Source: an uncultured Acidobacteriota bacterium
GTDB lineage: Bacteria > Acidobacteriota > Thermoanaerobaculia > UBA5066 > DATFVB01
Assembly (NCBI GenBank): GCA_963813155.1
Contig: CAWEYG010000003.1
Coordinates: 448,001 to 512,000, forward strand
DNA: 64,000 nt
Direction: 5' to 3'
Of this stretch, positions 32,088 to 41,348 are shown in pieces. A program made the translations under genes and the position numbers. The stretch's first letter is position 1. Every line of letters starts with the position of its first letter. The notes beneath the pieces were generated by a model. The model was not told the DNA's origin. It worked only from the letters and a program-made list of their open reading frames with translations, and searched no databases.

Positions 32088-32827
32088 GCGATCACCTCCG
32101 CGGCCGGCGTCGCGGACTCCGCGGACGCCTTTTTCTGGCGCGCTGCCCCGTCGGAGAGCACGACTCCGTCCTTGAACATGACGATCCGCTTCGCGAACTG
32201 GGCGATGTCGGGCTCGTGCGTGATGAGAACGACCGTCTTGCCGCTCGCGTTGAGATTCTGGAAGACCGCGATCACGTCTTCCGAGGTTCGCGAGTCGAGG
32301 TTTCCCGTGGGCTCGTCCGCGAGGATGATGGCCGGATCGTTGATCATCGACCGGGCGATCGCGACGCGCTGCTGCTGCCCTCCCGAAAGCTGGTTCGGGT
32401 AGTGGTCTTCCCTGCCCGCAAGCCCCACCATCGCGAGGCACCGCCGGGCCTTCTCGGCGCGATGATCGGCGGCGTGCGTGTCCCGGGCGTAGAGCAACGG
32501 CAGCTCGACGTTCTCGAGCGCGGAGGTCCGGGAGAGCAGGTTGAAAGACTGGAACACGAACCCGATCTTCGCGTTCCGGATTTCGGCTCGCGCGTCGCGC
32601 GACAACTCCGAAACGTCGTGCCCGTCGAGAAAATACTTTCCGGAGGTGGGCCGGTCGAGGCACCCGATGATGTTCATGAACGTCGATTTTCCGGAGCCCG
32701 AAGCGCCCATCACGGCGACGAACTCCCCGGCCTCGACGGTCACGGAGACGCCGTTCAGCGCGCGCACCTCGACGTCTCCCATTCGATAGGTCTTGACGAG
32801 GTCGGCGACGCGGATGACCTCGGGCAT
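32084..32827 (-). CDS. MacB/LolD-type ABC ATP-binding protein
   Basis: GASGSGKST, LSGGQQQRVAIAR, ADEPTGNLDS. Confidence 0.93.
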   Translation of the reverse strand: MPEVIRVADLVKTYRMGDVEVRALNGVSVTVEAGEFVAVMGASGSGKSTFMNIIGCLDRPTSGKYFLDGHDVSELSRDARAEIRNAKIGFVFQSFNLLSRTSALENVELPLLYARDTHAADHRAEKARRCLAMVGLAGREDHYPNQLSGGQQQRVAIARSMINDPAIILADEPTGNLDSRTSEDVIAVFQNLNASGKTVVLITHEPDIAQFAKRIVMFKDGVVLSDGAARQKKASAESATPAAEVIA

Positions 32828-34059
32828 CAGAACCTCATTCGGGGCGCGTTCTGCGTATCGGCCTTCACGGTCGCCAGGCCCGTGACGATCTTCTGGCCGG
32901 GCTCGAGCTCCCCGTCGCGGATCTCCGTGAACTGACCGTCCGTGATTCCCGGGTGAACGTGAACGGCCGTGAGCGCGCCGGTGTCCGAGAGCACGTAGAC
33001 CGTGGGTCCCGCGTCGCGCTTGCCGGTGCGGGGAAGCGATCCCGCGAGCGTCGGGCGCGAAGGCGGCGCTCCCGGAGCGGCGGCCGGAGCCGGCGGACCT
33101 GCCGGCGAAGCTCCCGTCGGCGCGTTCCCGCGCGCCGATTCGGACGGGGCGGGCTTGAATCGGAGCGCCGCGTTCGGAATGCGAAGCACGTCGTGGTCGG
33201 TCGCGACGTCAATCGTGATGTTCGCGGTCATCGAGGGCCGGAGCTTCTCCTCGGCGTTGTCCACCGACACGATGACGGGATACGTGACGACATTCTGGTT
33301 GACGGTCGCGTTCAGCCGGATCTGGCTGACCTTCGCCTGGAAGACGCGGTCCGGAAACGCGTCCACGCTGAAGTGGACGGGCTCGCCGACCTTGACGCGC
33401 CCGATGTCCGACTCGTCCACGTCGGCCTGCACCTGCATTTTCGTCAGGTCCTGCGCGATCGTGAAAAGCGTGGGGGCCTGAAACGAAGCGGCGACCGTTT
33501 GCCCGACGTCGTACGCGCGGTTGACGACGACTCCGTCGATCGGCGACACGATCTTCGAATATTTCAGGTTCGTCTCCGCCTCGCCCAGAGCGGCCTGGGC
33601 CTGCGCGACCTGCGCGGCCGCCGAATCCGACGCCGCTTTCGCGTTGTCGTAGTCCGCCTGCGCCGCGAGCCCTTCGTCCTTGAGCCTTCCCTGCCGCTGG
33701 AACGCGATTTTCGCGTTGGCGGCGTCCACTTTCGTCTTGTCGACGTTCGCCTTCTGCTGGGCGATCGCCTGCTCGAACGGCGTCGGATCGAGCTCGGCGA
33801 GGAGCTGACCCTTCTTCACGCGGCTGTTGAAGTCGGCGTAGAGCTTCGCGATGATGCCGGAGACCTGGCTGCCCACCTGGACGGTCGTGACCGCCGAGAT
33901 CGCTCCCGTCGCCGATACCGACATCGTGATGTCGCCCCGGGAGACCGGCGCGGTCCTGTATTTCTGCGGCTTCTGGCCGCCCCGGCGGATGAGCACGACG
34001 CCGCCGGCGAGCGCGAGGACGACGATGGCGAGCCAGATGTACGACTTCTTCAACGACAC
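32827..34059 (-). CDS. MacA-like periplasmic adaptor (membrane fusion protein)
   Basis: VQVGSQVSG, SPIDGVV, GQTVAASFQAPTLF. Confidence 0.92.
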   Translation of the reverse strand: MSLKKSYIWLAIVVLALAGGVVLIRRGGQKPQKYRTAPVSRGDITMSVSATGAISAVTTVQVGSQVSGIIAKLYADFNSRVKKGQLLAELDPTPFEQAIAQQKANVDKTKVDAANAKIAFQRQGRLKDEGLAAQADYDNAKAASDSAAAQVAQAQAALGEAETNLKYSKIVSPIDGVVVNRAYDVGQTVAASFQAPTLFTIAQDLTKMQVQADVDESDIGRVKVGEPVHFSVDAFPDRVFQAKVSQIRLNATVNQNVVTYPVIVSVDNAEEKLRPSMTANITIDVATDHDVLRIPNAALRFKPAPSESARGNAPTGASPAGPPAPAAAPGAPPSRPTLAGSLPRTGKRDAGPTVYVLSDTGALTAVHVHPGITDGQFTEIRDGELEPGQKIVTGLATVKADTQNAPRMRF

Positions 34060-34165
34060 GACCTCCTTGCATCGTAACGCTTTAGCATCATGGATTGTTT
34101 CATGATTCGCGTTGCCCGCGCGCGCTCCAGCACCGGCGCCACCACTCGCGGGCCTTCTCTCGACG

Positions 34166-34882
34166 TTATGCTTTTTTCGCGGGGCGCGTGGGTCGCAACT
34201 CGATGCGGGACGGGATCGCGCGGTCGGGGTACCGCACGAGATCCAACACCGCCTGCGCGATATCGTCCGGCGCGAGCATCCACGATTCGGAGGACGCCTC
34301 GGCGCCCTGAAAATCCGTCGCGACGGAGCCGGGCATGACGATCGCGATTCGGATCCCGTCCTGCCGGAGATCCAGCATGGCGGCGTGCGAGAGGCCGAGC
34401 AGCCCGAATTTCGAGGCGTTGTAGGCGGCGCCCCCCGCGAATGCGTTGACCGAAGCGAGCGATCCGATGTTGACGATGAAGCCGCCGCCGTTTTTCTTCA
34501 TGATCGGCGCGGCGAAGCGGATTCCGTAGAAAGGTCCGAAAAGGTTCGTTTCGACGATCGAGCGAAAGTCCTTCGGGTCGATTTCCGCGGCGCTTCCGAA
34601 CTGCCCGACGCCCGCGTTGTTGACGAGAACGTCGATCTTGCCGAAACGTTCCGCGAAGAACTCGATGAGCGCGCGGACGTCGTCTTCCTTTCGCGAGTCG
34701 GCCGACTTGCCCTCGACGGCGAGGCCGTCTTTCTGGAACGCGGCGGTCGCGTTGCGCACGCCTTCCAGCGTCCGCCCGGAGATGGCCACGTTCCAGCCCT
34801 CGACCGCGAATCGGCGCGCGATCGCGTTTCCGATTCCGCGCGTTCCGCCCGTGACGACGACCGATCTTTTCTCTGAGCTCAT
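34166..34882 (-). CDS. Short-chain dehydrogenase/reductase
   Basis: TGGTRGIG, NNAG, YNASK. Confidence 0.92.
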   Translation of the reverse strand: MSSEKRSVVVTGGTRGIGNAIARRFAVEGWNVAISGRTLEGVRNATAAFQKDGLAVEGKSADSRKEDDVRALIEFFAERFGKIDVLVNNAGVGQFGSAAEIDPKDFRSIVETNLFGPFYGIRFAAPIMKKNGGGFIVNIGSLASVNAFAGGAAYNASKFGLLGLSHAAMLDLRQDGIRIAIVMPGSVATDFQGAEASSESWMLAPDDIAQAVLDLVRYPDRAIPSRIELRPTRPAKKA

Positions 34883-34996
34883 GGCTCGACCCGTACTCCT
34901 TGCCTCAAATCCGGTCTCCCCCAATAAAAAAACGGAAGCTTCCTTCCGCGGGAGCGGGATTCTGTCATAAATCGGACGATTTGAACAGCGGCCCGA

Positions 34997-35356
34997 TCAG
35001 GCGCCGGAAACGGGCGGACGGCTCCCGGGCGAATACTTCACGACGCGGACCCTTTCGACCGTCACGAGCCCCTCCGTCACCATCTCGTCGAGGATCGGGA
35101 GGAGCCGTTCGACGTGCGCTTCGGTGTCCACGATCTCGATGACGACGGGCAGGTCTTCCGAAAGACGAAGCAGCTGCGTCGTGTGCAGGACGCTGCGGGC
35201 CCCGAACCCCGCGACCCCGCGGAAGACCGTCGCTCCGGCGAAGCCCTCTTTCCGGAGGCGCTCCACGAGGGCCGACGCGAGGGGATGATGATTCCAGCGA
35301 TCCGATTCCCCGATGAAGATCCGCACCAGCATCTGTTCGCCGTCGAGCGCGCGCAT
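34997..35356 (-). CDS. DUF190 (PII-like) protein
   Basis: RIFIGESD, GATVFRGVAGFG, LSEDLPVVIEIVD; typical crcB partner. Confidence 0.9.
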   Translation of the reverse strand: MRALDGEQMLVRIFIGESDRWNHHPLASALVERLRKEGFAGATVFRGVAGFGARSVLHTTQLLRLSEDLPVVIEIVDTEAHVERLLPILDEMVTEGLVTVERVRVVKYSPGSRPPVSGA

Positions 35357-35365
35357 GATTCCTCC

Positions 35366-35749
35366 TCAACCGCCCAGAAGGGACTTCCCGGCCGCCAGCC
35401 CCGCGAGACCGCAGACGAGGCACACGACGACCGTCGTTCCGAGGTTCGCGGCGGCGAGCGCCCAGGCGCCCTCGCGAACGTACTCGAGGGTCTCGTAGTT
35501 GAAAGTCGAATACGTCGTGAAGCCGCCGATCACGCCGGTCGCGAGGCTGATTCGCAGAGTCGGGCCGAGGAGGCCGCCGGAAGCCCCGATTTCCATGATG
35601 AACCCGAGCAGGAAGGAGCCGATCGTGTTCACGGCGAGGGTTCCGAACGGAAACCCGGGGCCCGCCTGGCGCTGGACCCAACCGGAGAGCCAGTAGCGCG
35701 CCCCGGTTCCGACCGCGCCGCCGAGGCAGATCCACAGGAAACGCGACAT
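35366..35749 (-). CDS. crcB: Fluoride channel Fluc/CrcB
   Basis: GGAVGTGARY, FPFGTLAVN, GGFTTYSTF. Confidence 0.95.
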   Translation of the reverse strand: MSRFLWICLGGAVGTGARYWLSGWVQRQAGPGFPFGTLAVNTIGSFLLGFIMEIGASGGLLGPTLRISLATGVIGGFTTYSTFNYETLEYVREGAWALAAANLGTTVVVCLVCGLAGLAAGKSLLGG

Positions 35750-35780
35750 CGGCCGCAGTCTATCTCCGGCGCCGGCCTAG

Positions 35781-36050
35781 CAGGCTGCTGAAAAACCCCG
35801 CGAGTCGCGCGCCAGCGGCTTGCGGAGGAGCTCAAGGCGCGAGGAGGGGACAGATGCCCAAGCGATCGGACCCGACGAGCAACGCCGAGATCGTCCGCAA
35901 TGCGCTGGCGCCCAACGGGTTCGGGCGGCGCCCGTCCGTCTGCTTCGTTGCCGCTCCTCAACGATGCCCCGGCATCGCCTGCGTCGCGGTCGCCTCGCAT
36001 CCGTCCAGGCGGCGCTCCGAACGTGACCCGTGCGGTTTTTCAGCAGCCTG
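35781..36050. mobile_element. 270-bp MITE with 17-bp terminal inverted repeats and CTAG flanking duplication
   Basis: CTAG|CAGGCTGCTGAAAAACC ... GGTTTTTCAGCAGCCTG|CTAG; no transposase inside. Confidence 0.8.
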
Positions 36051-36878
36051 CTAGTACTTCCCGCGCGCGCGTTCCTTCGCGGGGAGAATCTCGAGGCAGC
36101 TCGTCCACCAACCGGTTCGGATCGTCTCGACAAACTCGGCCGGAAGGCTCTCTTCTTCCATCTCGCGCGCGAGCCGCTCGTGTTCGTACGGGACCGGCAC
36201 GAACCGCGCCTCGACCCCGCAGCCGAACTCGCCGCCGAACTCGCCGCCGAATTCGCCGCCGAATTCGCTGCCGAATTCGAGCGTCGCGTACCAGACGTTC
36301 GTGCGGCCGTCGTTGGCGGGCCGCCCGAGCGCGCCGCAATTGACGACGAGCCTTCCGGACGGAAGGCGGCGCTGCCAGTGGAGGCCCGTGTGGGTGCAGA
36401 CGAGGACGTCGGCGTCGAAGTCCGAGAGCAGCTTCTCCAGGAACGCGACGGGCGAATTCGACTCCCAAAGGAATTCGTTGATCTTCCGGGGACTTCCGTG
36501 AACGAGCAGCACCTTTCGGCCGCCGACTTCGAGCCGCCGCGTTTTCGGCAGCGTTCCCATCCAGCGGCGGTGGTCGGGCGCGGTGTTTGCGAACGTGTAA
36601 TCGTACGAAAATTTCGCGAAGCGGTTGTCGCGCGGATCGGTGTAACCGCAGTGGCAGTCGTCGGCTTCCGAGGAGAGCGATTCCTCGTAGTTGCCCTGGA
36701 TGAGGCCGATCGGTTGGGAACGGAGGATCTCGATCGTCCGGTCGGGATGCGGGCCGAACGCCCCGAAATCGCCGAGCGCGAAGATCTCGTCGGCGCCTTC
36801 CCTTCGCGCGATCGAAATCGCCGACGCGAGAGCAAGGTGGTTGCTGTAGATTCCCCCGAAAAACGCAAGCCGGGTCAT
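36051..36878 (-). CDS. Metallophosphoesterase family protein with a variant first motif
   Basis: GGIYSN, LGDFG, QGNYE, VHGSP, CTHTG; extra DDCHCGY motif. Confidence 0.85.
   Translation of the reverse strand: MTRLAFFGGIYSNHLALASAISIARREGADEIFALGDFGAFGPHPDRTIEILRSQPIGLIQGNYEESLSSEADDCHCGYTDPRDNRFAKFSYDYTFANTAPDHRRWMGTLPKTRRLEVGGRKVLLVHGSPRKINEFLWESNSPVAFLEKLLSDFDADVLVCTHTGLHWQRRLPSGRLVVNCGALGRPANDGRTNVWYATLEFGSEFGGEFGGEFGGEFGCGVEARFVPVPYEHERLAREMEEESLPAEFVETIRTGWWTSCLEILPAKERARGKY
36222..36279. repeat. In-frame 12-bp tandem repeat, about 5 copies (EFG[S/G] x5)
   Basis: gccgaa(c/t)tcgc(c/t) units. Confidence 0.9.
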
Positions 36879-38052
36879 GACGACCGCTTCCCGAGGCTCC
36901 CGAGCAGGAGCTCGAGCTGCGCCAGTCCCGTCTGGAGGAGGAACGTCCGGCGGCGGCCGTAGCTCTTCGCGCCGACGAAGAAGAAGTTCGGCTCCCCCGT
37001 CGCGAGGTCCTCGGACCGAACGCGCGGGACCGAGAGGCAGTCGGTCGAGCCCGCGAGAGCGCGGGACAGGGCGGCGGGGCCCTCCGTCGCGGCGGCGAGG
37101 TCGAGAGACAGCTCCGACAGGAACCGGTAGTCCGGTCGGAAGCCCGTGAGGGCGACGATCGCGTCGAAACTCTCATCCCCGTCCCTCGAGAACCGCACGC
37201 GGAGGCGGCCGTCCTCGGTTCGGATTTCCTCGATCGCGGTTCGCCTGCGGACCGAGAGCCAGCCGGGAGGCGACGCGGCGAGGTCGTTGGCCTCCGACAC
37301 GATCCGGCGGCGCTCCGGAAGGGGGTCCTCCGCAAACTCCTCGCACGGCCGCCGGTTCGCCGTTCGAACCGCCCAGGTCACGCGCGTCCCCGGAGAATTC
37401 GCCCGGCGCGCCGAGAGAACCCCGATCGCCGTCGCCGCGGAATGCCCGTGGCCGGCCATCAGAATCGACCCGCCCGAAAGGGAGTCGAGGCGCGCTTCCA
37501 GCGTCCCGAGGTCCCGAACCAGCCTTTCCCCGGCGTCCCGCTCGCCGAGCGCGGGGAGCCCGCCCGGTCCGGCCGCATTGGGGATGGCGAAACCTCCCGA
37601 AGCGTCGAAGACGACGTCGGCCTCCCAGAGCTCTTCGATCCCGTCCCGCTCCGTCAGAACGCGAAACGGCCGCTCGCTGCGAATCGGATGTCCCGCGAAT
37701 TCCGGCCGGGAAAGACCGGATCGGCCGATCGAAAGGACGCGCCGGCCGAGATGAACGCGGCCGCGAAGGAGCGGCGACGCCGCAAGCGGTACGAGCACGC
37801 GATCCGCCATCTCGGGGCCGGTCAACAGCGCGTCCTCCGGCGGAAGGGCCGCCGTCGAGGGCTCGCTTCGAAGAAGCGGAGAGATTCATCCGCAGCGGAG
37901 TGAAAAATCGCGTCGATACCCCACCGGCGCAGCGACTCGCCGATCGAGCCTTTCTCGAGGACGGCGACGTCGAAGCCCCTTTCTCGCGCGCCGAGAGCGG
38001 CGGCGAGCCCCATGGGGCCGGCGCCGACGACGATCAGGCGCTTCGATGCCAA
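36875..38052 (-). CDS. FAD/NAD(P)-dependent oxidoreductase (flavin monooxygenase-like); frameshifts near 37830-37915
   Basis: IVVGAGPMGL, DASG, GHGHSA, TGFRPD, GAKSYGR..TFLL. Confidence 0.82.
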
Positions 38053-38056
38053 CGGA

Positions 38057-38386
38057 TCACGCTTTCCGGGAGAGCGTGTTGCAGGACTGGACCCAGTGCG
38101 CGATCGTTCCGCCGCCCCGAATCACGGCCGCGACGTTGACCGCTTCCGACATCTCCTCGGGGCTGATTCCCGCGTCCGTGCAGGCCGACGAGTAGGAGTC
38201 GATGCAGTACGGCTCCTGGATCGCGAACGCGACCGCCAGCGCGATCAGCTTCTTCGTCTTTTCGTCGAGCGCTCCCGCCTCCATCGTCGTCGAATACCAC
38301 TTCAGGAACAGGTCGAAGAGCTTCGGGTTGGTCTTCGCGATTTCGCCGAATCGCGCGAGGTCTTCGGACAGGTAATAGCTCGGCAT
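38057..38386 (-). CDS. AhpD/CMD-like protein (TIGR04169-like, radical-SAM associated)
   Basis: YY..EDLARFGEI, GALDEKTKKLIALAVA, PYCIDSY, EAVNVAAVIRGG. Confidence 0.82.
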   Translation of the reverse strand: MPSYYLSEDLARFGEIAKTNPKLFDLFLKWYSTTMEAGALDEKTKKLIALAVAFAIQEPYCIDSYSSACTDAGISPEEMSEAVNVAAVIRGGGTIAHWVQSCNTLSRKA

Positions 38387-38397
38387 TCACTTTCCTT

Positions 38398-39270
38398 TCA
38401 ATTGGTCTTGCACGTGACTCCGTATTCGTGACAGGTGAAGCAGGCCGGGAACCTCAGCTCGAACGGACGCAGCGTCTCGCCGATCGTCGATCCCATTCGC
38501 GCCTCCGGATGGTCGATGAGAATCGGGCACACGTAGACGCCTTCGGACGTGACCATCCGGCACGAGGAGCACTGGAGACTCTCCGCTTCCTCGTTCGTCA
38601 GCGCGCGGCCCCTCAGGGTTTCCCACGACTCGTACGCGCGCATCCGCGTCTCCTCGGCGCCGATGCGGAAGAGGGACAGGATCTTCAGTCGCGGGCGCGG
38701 GAGACCGATCGACCGGAGAAACGCCAGGAATCGCTCGCGCCCCTCCCCCGAAGCCGCTTCGTCGCAGGCCTCGGTGACGGTGATCACGGGATTCAACCCC
38801 GCCTTCGAGAGATTCCGTATCCCCTGGAGGATTCGATCGAACGTCCCCGCGCCCCGGATCGGGTCGTTGGTCGAGGCATCGTAGCCGTCGATCGAGACCC
38901 GCAGGTCGAACGAGTATTCCGATGCGTCGTCGAGCGCTTTCAGCTGCCGCGCGAGCTCCGGAGTGAGGAGCACGCCGTTCGTCAGCACGTGCGCCGGACC
39001 CTGCTTCAGCGTCGCTTCGAGAATCGGGAGAATCTCGCGATTGAGAAACGGCTCTCCGCCCGTGAAGTAGTACTCGCGGACGCCGAGGTCGGCCGCTTCG
39101 CGAAGCCTCTCCCGCACCGCGGACAGGGTGAGCATTCCGTGGGAATGATTCTCCGGCGAGCAGGAGATGAAGCAATGGGTGCACCGGAGGTTGCAGATCG
39201 TTCCCGCGACCTGGAACCACAGCGTGTCGACGGACGTCGAAGGTACGAAGGGAAATTCGGGATCCGGCAA
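38398..39270 (-). CDS. Radical SAM protein with Cys-rich C-terminus
   Basis: CNLRCTHC, FTGGEPF, LTNG, VSIDG; C-terminal CSSC...CP...CFTC...C. Confidence 0.9.
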   Translation of the reverse strand: MPDPEFPFVPSTSVDTLWFQVAGTICNLRCTHCFISCSPENHSHGMLTLSAVRERLREAADLGVREYYFTGGEPFLNREILPILEATLKQGPAHVLTNGVLLTPELARQLKALDDASEYSFDLRVSIDGYDASTNDPIRGAGTFDRILQGIRNLSKAGLNPVITVTEACDEAASGEGRERFLAFLRSIGLPRPRLKILSLFRIGAEETRMRAYESWETLRGRALTNEEAESLQCSSCRMVTSEGVYVCPILIDHPEARMGSTIGETLRPFELRFPACFTCHEYGVTCKTN

Positions 39271-39333
39271 GATGCTCCTTTCGAGACACGGCGCTTCGCC
39301 GCGCCGGCCGGGGGTTTGAACGGGACGGAGAGG

Positions 39334-40077
39334 TCAGGCGGAGGGAGGAGCGCGGGCGGGCAGCGCAAGCGCGGAGAGGAGAGCCGGCGCGTTCGCGAAT
39401 ACGACCCGCGCGGAGCGCCGCTGCCGGAGAGCGTCGGCGAGCAGGGGGCGAAATTCCGTCCAGGCCGCTGTCGATTCGCAATCTCGATACGCTCGCGCCA
39501 GGTCGTCGACCGAGTCGAGCTCGTCGCGGACTTCCAGCCTCACGACCTCGCGCCCCGTGCGCTCGAGGGCCGTCTCGAGCTTCGCGCAGAGTCGGGCGTC
39601 TCTCGGCGAGCAATTCTCGAGAAAGCGGAATCGGCTGTCGGACAGTCCGACGAGATAGACGCCCCCGTCGCGCGACGGTCCGAGAACGACCGTGGAGCGG
39701 GCCCCCTCGAGGGCCCGGAACGCGAGATCCAGGTCCCGGCCGGAAAGCGCGGGAGCGTCGCCCCCGACGACCGCGACGGAGGTGAATCCCAGGGCGAAGA
39801 CTTCGGCGACCGCGCTCGCCAGTCGCTCCCCGAACCGGCCGTCCGATTGGGCGAGGACCGGCGAAAGCCCGGGGCCGCGCCGGGAGCGGAAACGCTCCGC
39901 GCAGCGGGGTGGCGAGGAAATCACGAAGCGGGCTCCCGCCGCCTCGGCCGCCCGCTCCCACGAGGAGAGGAAGGCGGCAAAAAGCCGGGAGCCGGCCTCC
40001 GGGGAGAGGCCCTTCGCGCGCGCTTCCGCCTCGGGGGTACGCGTGAAGACGAGCAGCGCTCGACGAGACTCCGACAT
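39334..40077 (-). CDS. DUF2064 / TIGR04282-like glycosyltransferase-fold protein
   Basis: LLVFTR, QSDGRFGERL, VVGGDAP, VLGPSRDGGVYLVG, ELDSVDDL. Confidence 0.82.
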   Translation of the reverse strand: MSESRRALLVFTRTPEAEARAKGLSPEAGSRLFAAFLSSWERAAEAAGARFVISSPPRCAERFRSRRGPGLSPVLAQSDGRFGERLASAVAEVFALGFTSVAVVGGDAPALSGRDLDLAFRALEGARSTVVLGPSRDGGVYLVGLSDSRFRFLENCSPRDARLCAKLETALERTGREVVRLEVRDELDSVDDLARAYRDCESTAAWTEFRPLLADALRQRRSARVVFANAPALLSALALPARAPPSA

Positions 40078-40094
40078 CGGGGCGATCTTACCTC

Positions 40095-40832
40095 TCAGAA
40101 TCGGGTCAGGCGGATTCCGCGCGCCCGCAGCGACGCCTCGAGGTAGACGAGAAGAAGCGCGGTTCCGGCGATCGCCGCGATTTTCCACCCCGTCGCCCAC
40201 CGGACGAACGGAGACCCCTCGCGCCACTTTCCGTAATGGAGCAGGACGTTCTCGACGATGAAATAGGCCACGAGCGCCCCCGCGACGATCAGAAGGATCG
40301 TTTCCGACCGCTCGGCCCAGTGAAGGACGTCGCCGAGACGTCCGCCGAAGCGATATCCCAGAAAGACCCACACGATCGCGTTCGCGCCGGCCGCGATCGA
40401 GTCGGCCAGGAGAAACCTCCAGAGCGGCATTTTCGTGGCTCCGGACGTGAAGAAGAGCACGGGCCGCAGCCCGTACACGTAGCGCCCCGCGACGATCGCG
40501 CGGAACTGGTACCGCCCGAAGCTCTTCTTGACCCGCTCGATTCTTTTCGGCGGAAAGATCTTCCCCAGCCAGGGACGCTTCTTCAGGTCGCCGCCGAAGA
40601 ACCGCCCGATTCCGTACAGGGCCGTGTCGCCGAGGACCGCCGCGACGTAAGCGGACGCGACGATCGGCCAGAATCGCGCGAGGCCCTGGTACACGACGTA
40701 ACCGGCCAGCAGAAGGATCGTCTCTTCGGGAGGGCTCGGCCCGAACGCCCCGACGAAGAGCAGAACGAAAACCCCGACGACCGTCTCCTTCTCGAGGTAA
40801 TGCTCGACGGCCGCGATCGCATGCGTCGTCAC
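40095..40832 (-). CDS. DedA family membrane protein
   Basis: PPEETILLLAGY, GDTALYGIGR, GRYVYGLR; start codon uncertain. Confidence 0.85.
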   Translation of the reverse strand: MTTHAIAAVEHYLEKETVVGVFVLLFVGAFGPSPPEETILLLAGYVVYQGLARFWPIVASAYVAAVLGDTALYGIGRFFGGDLKKRPWLGKIFPPKRIERVKKSFGRYQFRAIVAGRYVYGLRPVLFFTSGATKMPLWRFLLADSIAAGANAIVWVFLGYRFGGRLGDVLHWAERSETILLIVAGALVAYFIVENVLLHYGKWREGSPFVRWATGWKIAAIAGTALLLVYLEASLRARGIRLTRF

Positions 40833-40864
40833 CCAGAGATGACTCAAATTCCCGGACAATAGCA

Positions 40865-40888
40865 AAATGCCCGCCGAGGCGGGCATTT
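40865..40888 (-). terminator. Intrinsic terminator after trxA
   Basis: AAATGCCCGCC-TC-GGCGGGCATTT hairpin ending in a T run. Confidence 0.65.
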
Positions 40889-40915
40889 CCGGAAAAGTGC
40901 GAGGGACGGCGGTTC

Positions 40916-41242
40916 TTAGAGGTTCCGCTCGATGAACTGCTGGAACTGGCCCTTCGGCATCGCTCCCATTGTGCGATCGGCCGCCTGCCCGTTCTTGAAG
41001 AGGATGAACGTGGGGATCGACGTCACCATGAATTTCTGGGCGACTGCGGGCGAGTCGTCGACGTTCATCTTCGCGACCTTGAGCTTTCCCTGGTACTGGC
41101 TTGCGAGCTCCTCGACAATCGGCGCGACGGCGCGGCACGGACCGCACCAGGGCGCCCAGAAATCGACGAACACGGGGGTCTCGCTCTTCACGACGTCGTT
41201 CTCGAAGGAATCGTCGGAGATTTCGTGGACATTTTCGGACAT
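40916..41242 (-). CDS. trxA: Thioredoxin
   Basis: VDFWAPWCGPCR, SIPT. Confidence 0.97.
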   Translation of the reverse strand: MSENVHEISDDSFENDVVKSETPVFVDFWAPWCGPCRAVAPIVEELASQYQGKLKVAKMNVDDSPAVAQKFMVTSIPTFILFKNGQAADRTMGAMPKGQFQQFIERNL

Positions 41243-41348
41243 TCGGGTATCTCTCCTTTAGCTCGCGTGGCACGCACGCTTCGTTCGGGACATTGAGAAC
41301 ACCATTATCGCTCGAAATCTTCCCGGCGCCAAACGGCGCTGCGGCGCC

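Noticed and set aside
35750-36050. Fluoride riboswitch upstream of crcB
   Set aside because: A GGCGATG is present on the minus strand, but the GGxGTTCGCC stem and the ATGACxCC pseudoknot partner are absent; the region is explained by the MITE
36222-36279. CRISPR-like array
   Set aside because: Contiguous 12-bp units with no spacers, in frame within a CDS; no cas genes
38398-38400. Selenocysteine read-through at the radical SAM TGA
   Set aside because: The stop is followed at once by the RBS and start of the next gene, and no SECIS-like hairpin is evident
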